Below, piece after piece: positions 9,519 through 18,016 of a DNA stretch of 58,891 nt. Positions within the stretch are counted from its first letter, which is position 1; every line of letters starts with the position of its first letter. The stretch spans positions 1 through 58,891 of the forward strand of contig JAQUKH010000012.1 in NCBI GenBank assembly GCA_028719205.1, read 5' to 3'. The DNA is from a bacterium (lineage in GTDB: Bacteria > JACRDZ01 > JAQUKH01). The notes below the pieces were generated by a model. That model did not search any database. It was not told the DNA's origin and worked only from the letters and a program-made list of their open reading frames with translations. The translations under genes and the position numbers were made by a program.

Positions 9519-9781
9519 ATGAATCCACCAAGAGTATTTATTTCATACTCACATGACTCTGCTGAACATAAAAAATGGGTTTTGGACTTTTCAACCACCT
9601 TAAGGAATCGTGGAGTTGATGCAGTACTGTCATACAATATTCTTCGATGCACCGATTGACATTAGATCGATATATAAAAGATGCAACAAATCAAGGTTTG
9701 TTCAAATGGCTTGGCGCAAATTACTTAAAATTTACAGATAAGGATTTAGATTATTTAGTATCACATAAAATAATTGCATAA
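9519..9781 (+). pseudogene. Internally deleted SEFIR/TIR-domain cassette gene
   Basis: ATG 9519 gives MNPPRVFISYSHDSAEHKKWVLDFSTTLRNRGVDAVL, stop at 9659; an out-of-frame C-terminal remnant ends with TAA inside the attC-like R'' box. Confidence 0.8.
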
Positions 9782-9838
9782 CCATCTGCTGTAAGGGACA
9801 GCATAAAAACCACGCTGTCCCTGAGCAACCCATTAGAA
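9776..9838 (+). repeat. attC-like site (R' degenerate)
   Basis: GCATAAC ... AGGGACAGC/GCTGTCCCT stem ... ATTAGAA; 63 bp between two co-oriented genes. Confidence 0.6.
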
Positions 9839-9857
9839 ATATAAATAAGGAAGAAAG

Positions 9858-10529
9858 ATGTCTTTAAGCTGTTTTGAGAATAATATTGCTAATCAAAGTA
9901 TCAAAACGCATCAAATAGTTGAAAAATCTGATATAGTTCTAATATGGCCACAAGAATGGCAATCAAATATGGGGCCGCAAGTTAATAATTGTGAAGACAT
10001 GGCTCAATGGCTTAACACCGCTTTCAATATTATGCACAGTTGGACGAGTGTTGATCCGAATGTAATATATATGAAAAGAAATAGTGTACGCGATAGGCTT
10101 ATTTTTGTTTACAATGGGAGTAATGATTTTATTTTTGGTAATTTTCGACCATATATTGGTCTTAGAGACGGAATATCTCCTCTTCTAGGTACAGAAGATT
10201 GGTTTGGTTGGTTACTCCATGAACTTAGTCATGATTTTTTTCATGGAAATCTATTTGTAGATCAAAAAATAAATAATATTGATGTGTGGAGAGATGGTAT
10301 GTGTGATTATTCCAGATACTATCTTTTATTAGATTTAAAAATGAAAAAAGCTGCTGATAATTTTTTTAAAATAATTACTAAAAATATAAATCTTAAAAAT
10401 CAATGGCTTGAACCTGCACGTTTATTTCTCAAATACGAAAAAGACAATGGTATATCTGGACCCAAAGAGTTATGGGATAAAATAAAGTTTGTAAATTTTA
10501 ACAATACAATTGGTCGACCAACATGGTAG
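9858..10529 (+). CDS. Hypothetical protein with HExxH (zincin-like) motif
   Basis: WLLHELSHDF and downstream WRDGMCDY. Confidence 0.6.
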   Translation: MSLSCFENNIANQSIKTHQIVEKSDIVLIWPQEWQSNMGPQVNNCEDMAQWLNTAFNIMHSWTSVDPNVIYMKRNSVRDRLIFVYNGSNDFIFGNFRPYIGLRDGISPLLGTEDWFGWLLHELSHDFFHGNLFVDQKINNIDVWRDGMCDYSRYYLLLDLKMKKAADNFFKIITKNINLKNQWLEPARLFLKYEKDNGISGPKELWDKIKFVNFNNTIGRPTW

Positions 10530-10676
10530 ATAGAAGATAGTAACGTTGTTGCTTAGTGTGAATAATTATTAAAAAATATTTGAAGGATGATACAACTTAT
10601 TTCAAGATTTGAGGAAAGTTAGTCAGCTAGACAACAACGTCAAAAACAAAAAGAAAAATCACATGGAGATTAAAAG

Positions 10677-12350
10677 ATGAGTCAGGAACCGTCGCGTCAA
10701 GGGAGTAAGCAAGCTAATGATATTCGACCCACGATGGAATTAAGGGATATACAACGTCAGTCACAAGGCCTTGGTGAGATTCCTTTGGATCGGTGGCAAT
10801 GGTTCAATCAAGAACTGTCTGGTACATACCTCGAAACAACTCAAGGGGAACGCTTAACCGATGCTTGCCTGAATGAGTTGTCTGCATTCTATAGTCTACA
10901 TTATGGAATATGGAGTAAAAATACGACAAACCGCCCTTGCGGGAGAGTACACATGAGTCCATCGCTAATAAAGAAGTTTATCAAACAACCTAATGTTCAT
11001 GTTACAAGGGCTCGAATCGGTGAGAAACTTATTGGGTATGCCGTTGCTAACGCAAGCCCCATACCTAGACTTGGGTTGCTTTGTTGGATAACGCAACTTG
11101 TTGTGGACAGCAATCACAGGAACAAATGTGTCGCGAAACGTCTTATTCTTGAGCTGTCAAAACGATATCAATTTTCTTCATGGGGACTTATAACTTCAAA
11201 TCCCTATGCCGTTCGTGCGTTAGAATCTGTGACACAAAGGCGATGCGACTCCACCCATATAAGAAAGTACTCAGAACTGCTAATTGGATTTGGACAAAGT
11301 GCTATCCCACTAATTCAAAATGCATCACTACAAATCGATACTGAATACTGTGTGCTGAACTCAGGATACTGCCTAGATCTATCCGATATACCCTCCATGA
11401 TGAAGAATGCTGAGAGAGATAACGCGCCATGGCCTCTTGGTGTCATTAAAGAAGGGCAAGAATGGTTCGCGTTTACATTTTCAGAGCAACCCTATCAGTC
11501 TATTATAAGCAGCCAGAGCGATCCTGAATGTGATAAAGGAGATTGCATAGCATTTGAGGCGCTTAGCCGCATGCGACTCGACCATCGACATGCATGGCAT
11601 CGGCATACAGCTAAAGAGGTGAACCTCATCCTAGATGCGTTAGGCCTTGCCCCTGGTATGAGTATTCTTGACATTGGTTGCGGGAATGGAAGACATACAC
11701 TCGAGTTGTCAGGTATAGGTTTTGCAGTAGTAGGCATGGATAGGATCTCAGAGTTCATTAGCCACGCACAGTTTTTAGCTGATTGCCGCATGGTTCCCAA
11801 TGCAACATTTCTTGTAAGTGATGCACGATTTTTTAAGTATAAACAAATATTTGATAGCGCGATTTGCCTGTATGACGTGTTATGCACCTTCACTAAAATG
11901 GAAGAAAACGAGAAGATTTTAAAGAGAGTAGTTGACCATCTCAAGCCTGGAGGACGAATACTCTTGTCAGTGATGAATAAGGTGTCCACCGTGGAAAATG
12001 CTCTATATAAAGCTCCCATTGAGCAACATATTAAAATTTGTGATGGTTTCCAAAGGAGTAACACAATGCAAAATACTGGAAATGTATTTCAAAATAAATC
12101 ATATGTAGTGGATCCATCAAACGGAGTTGTCACGAGAAGAGAAGTGTTTGACCTTTACAGCGGAGAAGAATTTGAGATGTATGTTCAAGACCGAAGATAC
12201 TCGCAGAAGGATATTGTTGATATGTGCAAACGCCATGGCATCCATGAGCTGTGGTCCAGGTGTGTTCGAGCAGGGAGGTGGGAGGAGGATCTGCCAGAAG
12301 ATAGCGAACAAGCGAAAGAAGTCCTATTTCTTGGAGAGTATAGAAAGTAG
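10677..12350 (+). CDS. GNAT acetyltransferase - class I SAM methyltransferase fusion
   Basis: ITQLVVDSNHRNKCVAKRL (GNAT motif A); ILDIGCGNGRH and HLKPGGRILL (MTase). Confidence 0.8.
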   Translation: MSQEPSRQGSKQANDIRPTMELRDIQRQSQGLGEIPLDRWQWFNQELSGTYLETTQGERLTDACLNELSAFYSLHYGIWSKNTTNRPCGRVHMSPSLIKKFIKQPNVHVTRARIGEKLIGYAVANASPIPRLGLLCWITQLVVDSNHRNKCVAKRLILELSKRYQFSSWGLITSNPYAVRALESVTQRRCDSTHIRKYSELLIGFGQSAIPLIQNASLQIDTEYCVLNSGYCLDLSDIPSMMKNAERDNAPWPLGVIKEGQEWFAFTFSEQPYQSIISSQSDPECDKGDCIAFEALSRMRLDHRHAWHRHTAKEVNLILDALGLAPGMSILDIGCGNGRHTLELSGIGFAVVGMDRISEFISHAQFLADCRMVPNATFLVSDARFFKYKQIFDSAICLYDVLCTFTKMEENEKILKRVVDHLKPGGRILLSVMNKVSTVENALYKAPIEQHIKICDGFQRSNTMQNTGNVFQNKSYVVDPSNGVVTRREVFDLYSGEEFEMYVQDRRYSQKDIVDMCKRHGIHELWSRCVRAGRWEEDLPEDSEQAKEVLFLGEYRK

Positions 12351-12387
12351 AGAGGTGTATGGGGATCAGGAAAGTGTGCAACATAGC

Positions 12388-12458
12388 ACCCAACATTATT
12401 TTGCGCCTGACTGATGTTCCGCTGCGCTCCACACCAGCAGATGAAAATTGCGTTAGAT
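12388..12458 (+). repeat. attC site
   Basis: ACCCAAC (RYYYAAC) ... CTGATGT..CCGCTGCGCTCC..ACACCAG ... GTTAGAT (GTTRRRY); 71 bp imperfect palindrome after the MTase gene. Confidence 0.75.
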
Positions 12459-12486
12459 TGAATTAAATAAGGGATTATGCTATAAT
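12458..12486 (+). promoter_or_regulatory. Near-consensus sigma70 promoter
   Basis: TTGAAT-17-TATAAT with extended TG. Confidence 0.75.
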
Positions 12487-12492
12487 GTAAAT

Positions 12493-12602
12493 ACATGGCA
12501 AAGAAGAGTTTGGAGCTCTTCTCCCGAAAAGTTGTAAGTCACTCAAAGTTTTGGAGACTAAGAGTGTGCGCTCTTTTGACTTAGTCGGTGCCATGTTTTT
12601 TT
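12493..12602 (+). ncRNA. Candidate structured small RNA
   Basis: Begins ~7 nt after the -10 box; closing stem ACATGGCA/TGCCATGT, two AAGAGT..GCTCTT hairpins, ends in T-tract. Confidence 0.45.
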
Positions 12603-13347
12603 ATTCTTCAATTTCCATTTCTATAAATTCTAAGTATTTCCTTATTTTTTGAATATCTTTTTTACTAATCTTTCCAGGTAGTTTTATTAGGGCCATTCCT
12701 TCGGATAGAGGGAAAGAATGTTGATGTTGGCCCTTTATTATTTCATTTTCTAATTTATCAGTCAATATTTCTTTATTGTCAGTAATTCCAACTAAATTGC
12801 TTTCTTCTGTTTTCTCTAAGCTATTTACTTCTGAATCATCATTTAATGATATTAATATTTTTCCTTCTTCATTAAATGCTTTTGCATAAACACCTGATTC
12901 TTTAAATATTTGAGCAGCTGTTTTAGCGGCGCTCTCTGTTATATTATATTTACGATGCAAAATTGTTTCAATATTTTTTGGAAGAATAGTGCCTTGTTCA
13001 AATTCATTTAATAATTCAAAATAAATATTTGGCCTTTTAAACGCTTCTAGTAATTCAACATTCTTTTCATTATCTGATAAAGGATCTGTTATTTTTAATG
13101 CACTATCTGCTATTGAATAATAATTAACCTTTTTTTTAACTAAGAGTCCAAATTGAATTAGCGCAGAAATTTTTGATAAAAATATTCCACAAATGTCTTT
13201 ATACCCAAGAGCTTTAGCAAATGTCACTTTATCATGTTCCCCTTTTCCAATCGCTTGTTTTATCTTAATAATGCTTTGGATACATTCTTCAAGATTGATT
13301 CTTGGATAAGATCGACTCCGTTCTCTTTTTATTTTTATTTCTTCCAT
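12601..13347 (-). CDS. Hypothetical protein, possible N-terminal winged-helix DNA-binding domain
   Basis: GGAGGT RBS before ATG 13347; SRSYPRINLEECI...AKALGY...KISALIQFGLL pattern; inverted relative to neighbours. Confidence 0.7.
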   Translation of the reverse strand: MEEIKIKRERSRSYPRINLEECIQSIIKIKQAIGKGEHDKVTFAKALGYKDICGIFLSKISALIQFGLLVKKKVNYYSIADSALKITDPLSDNEKNVELLEAFKRPNIYFELLNEFEQGTILPKNIETILHRKYNITESAAKTAAQIFKESGVYAKAFNEEGKILISLNDDSEVNSLEKTEESNLVGITDNKEILTDKLENEIIKGQHQHSFPLSEGMALIKLPGKISKKDIQKIRKYLEFIEMEIEE

Positions 13348-13387
13348 TTTAAATACCTCCATTATTAATTTTGATTATCATGGGGAT

Positions 13388-13416
13388 ATAATATCAGATT
13401 AAAATGGTTATGTCAA
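13388..13416 (-). promoter_or_regulatory. Sigma70 promoter of the inverted gene
   Basis: Minus strand TTGACA-17-TATTAT with extended TG. Confidence 0.7.
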
Positions 13417-13539
13417 GAGATTATTTTATATTTAGCCAAGCTTATTTCTAGGTTAATTATATAGTGGGCTGATTTATGGACTTAAATTCAATAAAAATCC
13501 ATCGACAAACAAAAAGAAAAGATATAAAATAAATTAAGA

Positions 13540-13597
13540 TTTTAACAACAGCACTACAGGCGACGGCTTACAGCCGCGGCTGATTTTATCGTTAGGC
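13540..13597 (+). repeat. attC-like site
   Basis: TTTTAAC ... CGGCT-TAC-AGCCG hairpin ... GTTAGGC; 58 bp; next gene starts 32 nt later. Confidence 0.7.
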
Positions 13598-13628
13598 TTA
13601 ACTAATAAAATTCACATGAAAGGCATTT

Positions 13629-14351
13629 ATGAAAGTGTTAATTCTTGGAGCAAGTGGGGCAACTGGTAAATTAGTTGTATCGCAATTAATAAAGAGAGAA
13701 ATAAATATCAGGATTGTTATCAGGAAGAATGCAATTCTTTCTGATAATATACTTAATAATAAGCTTGTGGAAATTGTTTATGGAAATATTGCCGAACTGA
13801 ATCCAATAGAGAACAAAAACCTTATTGAAGGGTGCGACGCGGTTGTGTGCTGTTTGGGGCATAATATTACTTTTAAAGGCTTATTTGGAAAACCCCGGCT
13901 GCTGGTTTATACGTCTATAAAAAATGTATGTGAAGCAATTATTCATTATTCTCCAAAAAAAATGAAAATTATTCTTATGAATACTGTTGCTGTTGCCAAT
14001 GAAAATAAAGATGTGAATGAAAACAGGTCACTTTCGGAAAAGATTGTCCTTTCAATACTGGGCGTATTATTACCGCCACAGAAGGATAATGTAAGCGCCG
14101 CGAATTATTTACTGAGAGTAATCGGAAAAGATAATGAAAAAATCGGATGGACAGCGGTGCGGCCGGATTCATTAATTGATGATGATGAAGTAAAGCCATA
14201 TGAAGTATTTGAGACAATAAAAAGAAGTCCTCTATTTAACCCCGGAAAAACCAGCCGTATAAATGTCGGCCATTTTATGGCGGAATTAATAACCAATGAC
14301 GAATTGTGGCAAAAGTGGAAGAATAAGATGCCGGTTATATATAATAAATAA
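13629..14351 (+). CDS. NAD(P)H-binding oxidoreductase (atypical SDR / flavin reductase-like)
   Basis: ILGASGATG Rossmann motif, DAVVCCLG, WTAVRP, TSRINVGHFM. Confidence 0.85.
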   Translation: MKVLILGASGATGKLVVSQLIKREINIRIVIRKNAILSDNILNNKLVEIVYGNIAELNPIENKNLIEGCDAVVCCLGHNITFKGLFGKPRLLVYTSIKNVCEAIIHYSPKKMKIILMNTVAVANENKDVNENRSLSEKIVLSILGVLLPPQKDNVSAANYLLRVIGKDNEKIGWTAVRPDSLIDDDEVKPYEVFETIKRSPLFNPGKTSRINVGHFMAELITNDELWQKWKNKMPVIYNK

Positions 14352-14357
14352 AAAATA

Positions 14358-14419
14358 CAGGATTATTCATAATGTGTCCACATGCGGATTATTTTTACTT
14401 TTTTCTTTTCAGGAAGGAC
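14358..14419 (-). pseudogene. Relic copy of yoeB 3' end
   Basis: 62 bp closely matching 18924-18985. Confidence 0.85.
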
Positions 14420-14483
14420 AAACTTAAAACACCTATTTATTATTGAAATTGACTAAAATAAATGTTTATGCTATGTTATACAT

Positions 14484-14675
14484 ATGTCAAATAGTAAAAT
14501 CACCGCAATTTTAAAAAAATATCAAAAAGCTTCCCGCAATAGCAAATCACGCCGGGATTATTTTAGTTTATTTGAGAAAAAGATGTTATATCGTACAACC
14601 AAAACGGAAAATCCGCAAACAACCATGGGTATGGTCAATAAAGTTTTAGATAAATTGTCGACAAAAGCCTTATGA
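14484..14675 (+). CDS. Fic antitoxin (FicA/VbhA-like)
   Basis: Small ORF overlapping fic start; carries inhibitory (S/T)xxxE(G/N) motif TTKTEN. Confidence 0.7.
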   Translation: MSNSKITAILKKYQKASRNSKSRRDYFSLFEKKMLYRTTKTENPQTTMGMVNKVLDKLSTKAL

Positions 14676-15295
14676 AAAAGGAAATAGGCGAAACAAGCTA
14701 TAAGGAAACAGCTTTCGGCATTATTCCACGGTCAAAATTGATTCCTCTGGAAATTGAAGGAACTAAAAGAGCATGGGATTTTGTTATCGATCAATTTAGT
14801 AAAAATAAAATCAATATAACACCCGCCTTTATTCAACAAGTACATAAAATCGGCTTTGATTGGATATTTCCGGCATTGGGTGGCAGGTTTAGAAAAATTG
14901 ATGTTACTGTTTCAAAACATATTCCTCCGAAATTCTATCTTATCCCTCAGTTGATGACTGATTTCACGAAGGACCTTAAAATTAGATTAAAATATTTACC
15001 CAAAATAGATAATCCAAATTTTATTAGTGAACTAACCGCACTTCTAGCATGGACTCATCATAGATTCTTATGGATTCATCCGTTTCAAGATTATAACGGG
15101 CGAATTGGCAGACTATTGAACAACATCGTCCTATTGAACCAAAATCTGCCTCCAATTGAATTAAAAGTAGAAACGCTATCCGGCAGAAAAAAATATGTTG
15201 GAGCTTTACAAAAAGCTGACGGTGGCGATTATGGCAATTTAGAAAAATTAATTCGATCAGCAATTGAAGAATCAATAAAAGAAATTCAAAAGTAA
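14672..15295 (+). CDS. Fic family protein
   Basis: HPFQDYNGRIGR Fic motif. Confidence 0.93.
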   Translation: MKKEIGETSYKETAFGIIPRSKLIPLEIEGTKRAWDFVIDQFSKNKINITPAFIQQVHKIGFDWIFPALGGRFRKIDVTVSKHIPPKFYLIPQLMTDFTKDLKIRLKYLPKIDNPNFISELTALLAWTHHRFLWIHPFQDYNGRIGRLLNNIVLLNQNLPPIELKVETLSGRKKYVGALQKADGGDYGNLEKLIRSAIEESIKEIQK

Positions 15296-15303
15296 TTAGA
15301 AAC

Positions 15304-15362
15304 TGTCAACAATTCAATGCACTGGACGGGCAGTAGCCCGCCTCTGATTTCTGGTGTTAGGC
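15304..15362 (+). repeat. attC-like site
   Basis: TGTCAAC ... CGGGC-AGTA-GCCCG hairpin ... GTTAGGC; 59 bp, 8 nt after the fic stop. Confidence 0.7.
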
Positions 15363-15409
15363 AATATTAATGAACATAAAATATCTATTGGAGGTAAAAG
15401 AGTAGAAAT

Positions 15410-15976
15410 ATGAATATGCTTGAATCTCTTTTTGTTACATTATTGCCAACAGGATTTTTAATTGTTTTGTTTGGCGGAGAGGAATTGTTGCGGCGTAAAA
15501 ATATTGATATGGGAGGTGAGCCGCCAATTGGTAAAGTGCTTTTTTCCAGCAGTAAGTACTCAATTATTCTTCTTTGGGCCGCTATGGTGGTGCACAGTTG
15601 GGGAATAAACCTTTCTTTTATTAAGGTCCCCGGGTTATTTAAATGGATAGCTTTATTTCTATGGATTTCAGGATTCGGGTTGTTGTTTACCGGGCGATTT
15701 GGGCTTGGAAACGCTTTTCGGATCGGGTCTCCCAAAGAAAGTACGAGTTTGAAGGTTGATGGATTATTCAGATTCAGCCGTAATCCGATGTACCTTGGGG
15801 TGTACACAACATTACTCGCATCAGTTTTATACACATTAAATCCCTTCTTGTTCGTCATTGGGATATTCGTGGTTATTGTTCACCACAAAATTGTGCTGGC
15901 GGAGGAACAGTATTTGCAAAAAATTTTTGGTGAACTTTATACGGAATATTGTTATCATGTAAGGCGGTATCTCTAG
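15410..15976 (+). CDS. Isoprenylcysteine carboxylmethyltransferase/PEMT family membrane protein
   Basis: GLFRFSRNPMYLG, EEQYLQKIFG..Y..YCYHVRRY. Confidence 0.88.
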   Translation: MNMLESLFVTLLPTGFLIVLFGGEELLRRKNIDMGGEPPIGKVLFSSSKYSIILLWAAMVVHSWGINLSFIKVPGLFKWIALFLWISGFGLLFTGRFGLGNAFRIGSPKESTSLKVDGLFRFSRNPMYLGVYTTLLASVLYTLNPFLFVIGIFVVIVHHKIVLAEEQYLQKIFGELYTEYCYHVRRYL

Positions 15977-16022
15977 AAACTGCTTATTCGTCTTCCTTGT
16001 CTTTTCCGAAAAGAGGTTTATT

Positions 16023-16277
16023 ATGAGTTTACACGAAACTTTCAATCAATCGGGGTTCTCGAAATTCCTTAACAGTCCGTCGGGCCGCTTCTTTCGTTTG
16101 GTCGCAGGAGCAGGATTTCTCCTGGCCGGCTTTGTATATCGGAACCATACGCTCGGGGTGGTATCCATGGTGTGGAGTGTTTTTCCATTGAGCGCCGGAG
16201 CACTTGACATTTGCTACATCAGCGCTGTTTTGGGTGGCCCGCTGTCTGGCGCAAAGATCCGTAGTAAGTACAAGTAG
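16023..16277 (+). CDS. Small membrane protein (YgaP/DUF2892-like)
   Basis: GRFFRLVAG, two hydrophobic helices, DIC..SAVLG. Confidence 0.6.
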   Translation: MSLHETFNQSGFSKFLNSPSGRFFRLVAGAGFLLAGFVYRNHTLGVVSMVWSVFPLSAGALDICYISAVLGGPLSGAKIRSKYK

Positions 16278-16329
16278 TTACAGTGAAACTGGCGCTGCTT
16301 AGCGGTGCGGCTTATTTCAGGCGTTATAA
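16278..16329 (+). repeat. Partial attC-like site (right half)
   Basis: GCGCTGCT-T-AGCGGTGC hairpin then GGCTTATTTCAGGC-GTTATAA; no clear R'' box. Confidence 0.5.
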
Positions 16330-16531
16330 ATAATATTTAGGAGATATTATGTTATACGTTATTTATGAAGAAAAAAATGAAAGTGTTCCACTACATCCGG
16401 ATTTATTTTTATTGGTGGATTTTTAAAGATCTGGAATGATGCTGTTTCTTTAACACACAAAGTGAATGTTCCTGAACAAATTTTAGGAATAAAGAATGAT
16501 TTAAAAGAAAACTCAATTGATTTGTATGGAT

Positions 16532-18016
16532 ATGAATAAATTAATAAAATATTTTGAAAGCATTCCAGCATGTTTAAAACATGAAGAAAAATATCCTGTT
16601 AAAGATCTTTTAATATGGATGTTTAAAAATGGAGAAATAAAAAAACGGCTATTAATAACATTTGGAATTCTGGTTGTTTCATGGATATTATCTTCTATCC
16701 CTTTACCCGGCATTGATTTAGTAGTTTTCCAAAGTTTTTATAAAGGAACAATAAATGGTAATTCAATAATTGCAATGTTTATGGGAACTTATAGAAGAAT
16801 GTCAATCTGTTCGGTGGGTTTAATGCCACTTATTAATTCGTGCCTGATAATACAAATATTATCATCTGTAATACCACCGCTAAGAAAATTATCTTTTGGG
16901 GGAGAAACAGGCAGAGAACGCATCTCCAAATATACATATATTTTAACCATAATACTTACTGTTATCCAAACATATTACATTACTTTATGGCTTGAGTCAT
17001 TAAAATCATCAGCTGGGAATATAGTCCAAAATCCGGGTTTGGGGTTTAAAATAGTTTGTATTATTACTGTGTTAGCTTCAGTAATGTTTATGCTTTTCAC
17101 CGCAAATCTTATTAATCAATTTGGGATTGGAAACGGTTTTGTGCTTATACTTCTTTTCCCTTTAATTATTGAGAATGTTTCACATGGTTTATTATGGCCC
17201 TTAAAAAAAACAAATTATACTGATAATATAACAATGTTAAGAATAATATTTTTCATTGCTTCTATTATAATAACTTATGGAATGTTTTATTTTACAAGAA
17301 TGGCAAAAAGCATAAAGATCAAAAGAGAAAACTTTGCTGCCATTTCGATCCTGTTCCGGCCTACCTTTATAGGAGGGATGCCTGTATTATTAGCTTCAAC
17401 TATTCTTACCAGATCTGATATGTTAACATCTTTTTTAAAAAATAACCCTATACAGATAGAATATAATTCAATTAGTTGGATTATATTCAAGTGTATTTTG
17501 GTTTTTGTTTTAACATATGTATATATTCTGGTTGTTTTTAGCAGCGATAGTTTACAAAAACAAATGGGAAAATATGGATATGATCTTGTTGACAATGAAA
17601 ATAAACCAGCAGATGATTATTTTCTGGAAATTCTTTCAAAAGTTATGTTTGCAACAGCAATGTTTCTTATCATATTAAATTTAATTCCCGATATATCCAG
17701 AAAAATATTTACGCAATTCTATTTAGGGATATCAGTATTTTCGATATTTGTCATTATTTTTTCAGATACTCTGGACCAACTTATATTTTATAAGGATAAA
17801 GAAAATTCCGGGACAAAAGATTGGAGTATTTGTTATACCGCTTTTGATGAAATAGACGCGGAAATAAAAAAGGGATATTTAAGGGATAAGGGTTTTCCTG
17901 CGCTTGTTAAGCCATACCGTTATTCCTGGGGTATGCCGATAAGGACTATTATTGATCAGTATCAGATATATGTCCCCTCTGAAATGAAAGATAATGCGAG
18001 AAATTTAATAATATGA
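16532..18016 (+). CDS. Divergent SecY-like membrane protein with C-terminal DUF2007-like domain
   Basis: KRLLITFGIL..IPLPGID, SICSVGLMPLINSCLIIQIL, GGETGRERI, GIGNG, GGMPVLLAS (SecY TM pattern); C-terminal DEIDAEIKKGYLRDKGF...IYVP...ARNLI; start uncertain. Confidence 0.75.
   Translation: MNKLIKYFESIPACLKHEEKYPVKDLLIWMFKNGEIKKRLLITFGILVVSWILSSIPLPGIDLVVFQSFYKGTINGNSIIAMFMGTYRRMSICSVGLMPLINSCLIIQILSSVIPPLRKLSFGGETGRERISKYTYILTIILTVIQTYYITLWLESLKSSAGNIVQNPGLGFKIVCIITVLASVMFMLFTANLINQFGIGNGFVLILLFPLIIENVSHGLLWPLKKTNYTDNITMLRIIFFIASIIITYGMFYFTRMAKSIKIKRENFAAISILFRPTFIGGMPVLLASTILTRSDMLTSFLKNNPIQIEYNSISWIIFKCILVFVLTYVYILVVFSSDSLQKQMGKYGYDLVDNENKPADDYFLEILSKVMFATAMFLIILNLIPDISRKIFTQFYLGISVFSIFVIIFSDTLDQLIFYKDKENSGTKDWSICYTAFDEIDAEIKKGYLRDKGFPALVKPYRYSWGMPIRTIIDQYQIYVPSEMKDNARNLII

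Noticed and set aside
9464-9652. 62-aa minus-strand ORF in the track
   Set aside because: Shadow of the plus-strand SEFIR/TIR fragment
10535-10630. Possible attC between the HExxH gene and the GNAT-MTase
   Set aside because: TAAC and GTTAG are present but there is no convincing internal palindrome
12575-12602. AGTCGGTGC plus T-run resembling a Cas9 tracrRNA 3' end; closing stem resembling retron a1/a2
   Set aside because: Only a 9-nt match; no cas gene, CRISPR array or reverse transcriptase in the window
15385-15858. 157-aa minus-strand ORF and other long antisense ORFs (11495-12064, 43996-44430, 51489-52139)
   Set aside because: Antisense shadows of well-supported plus-strand genes
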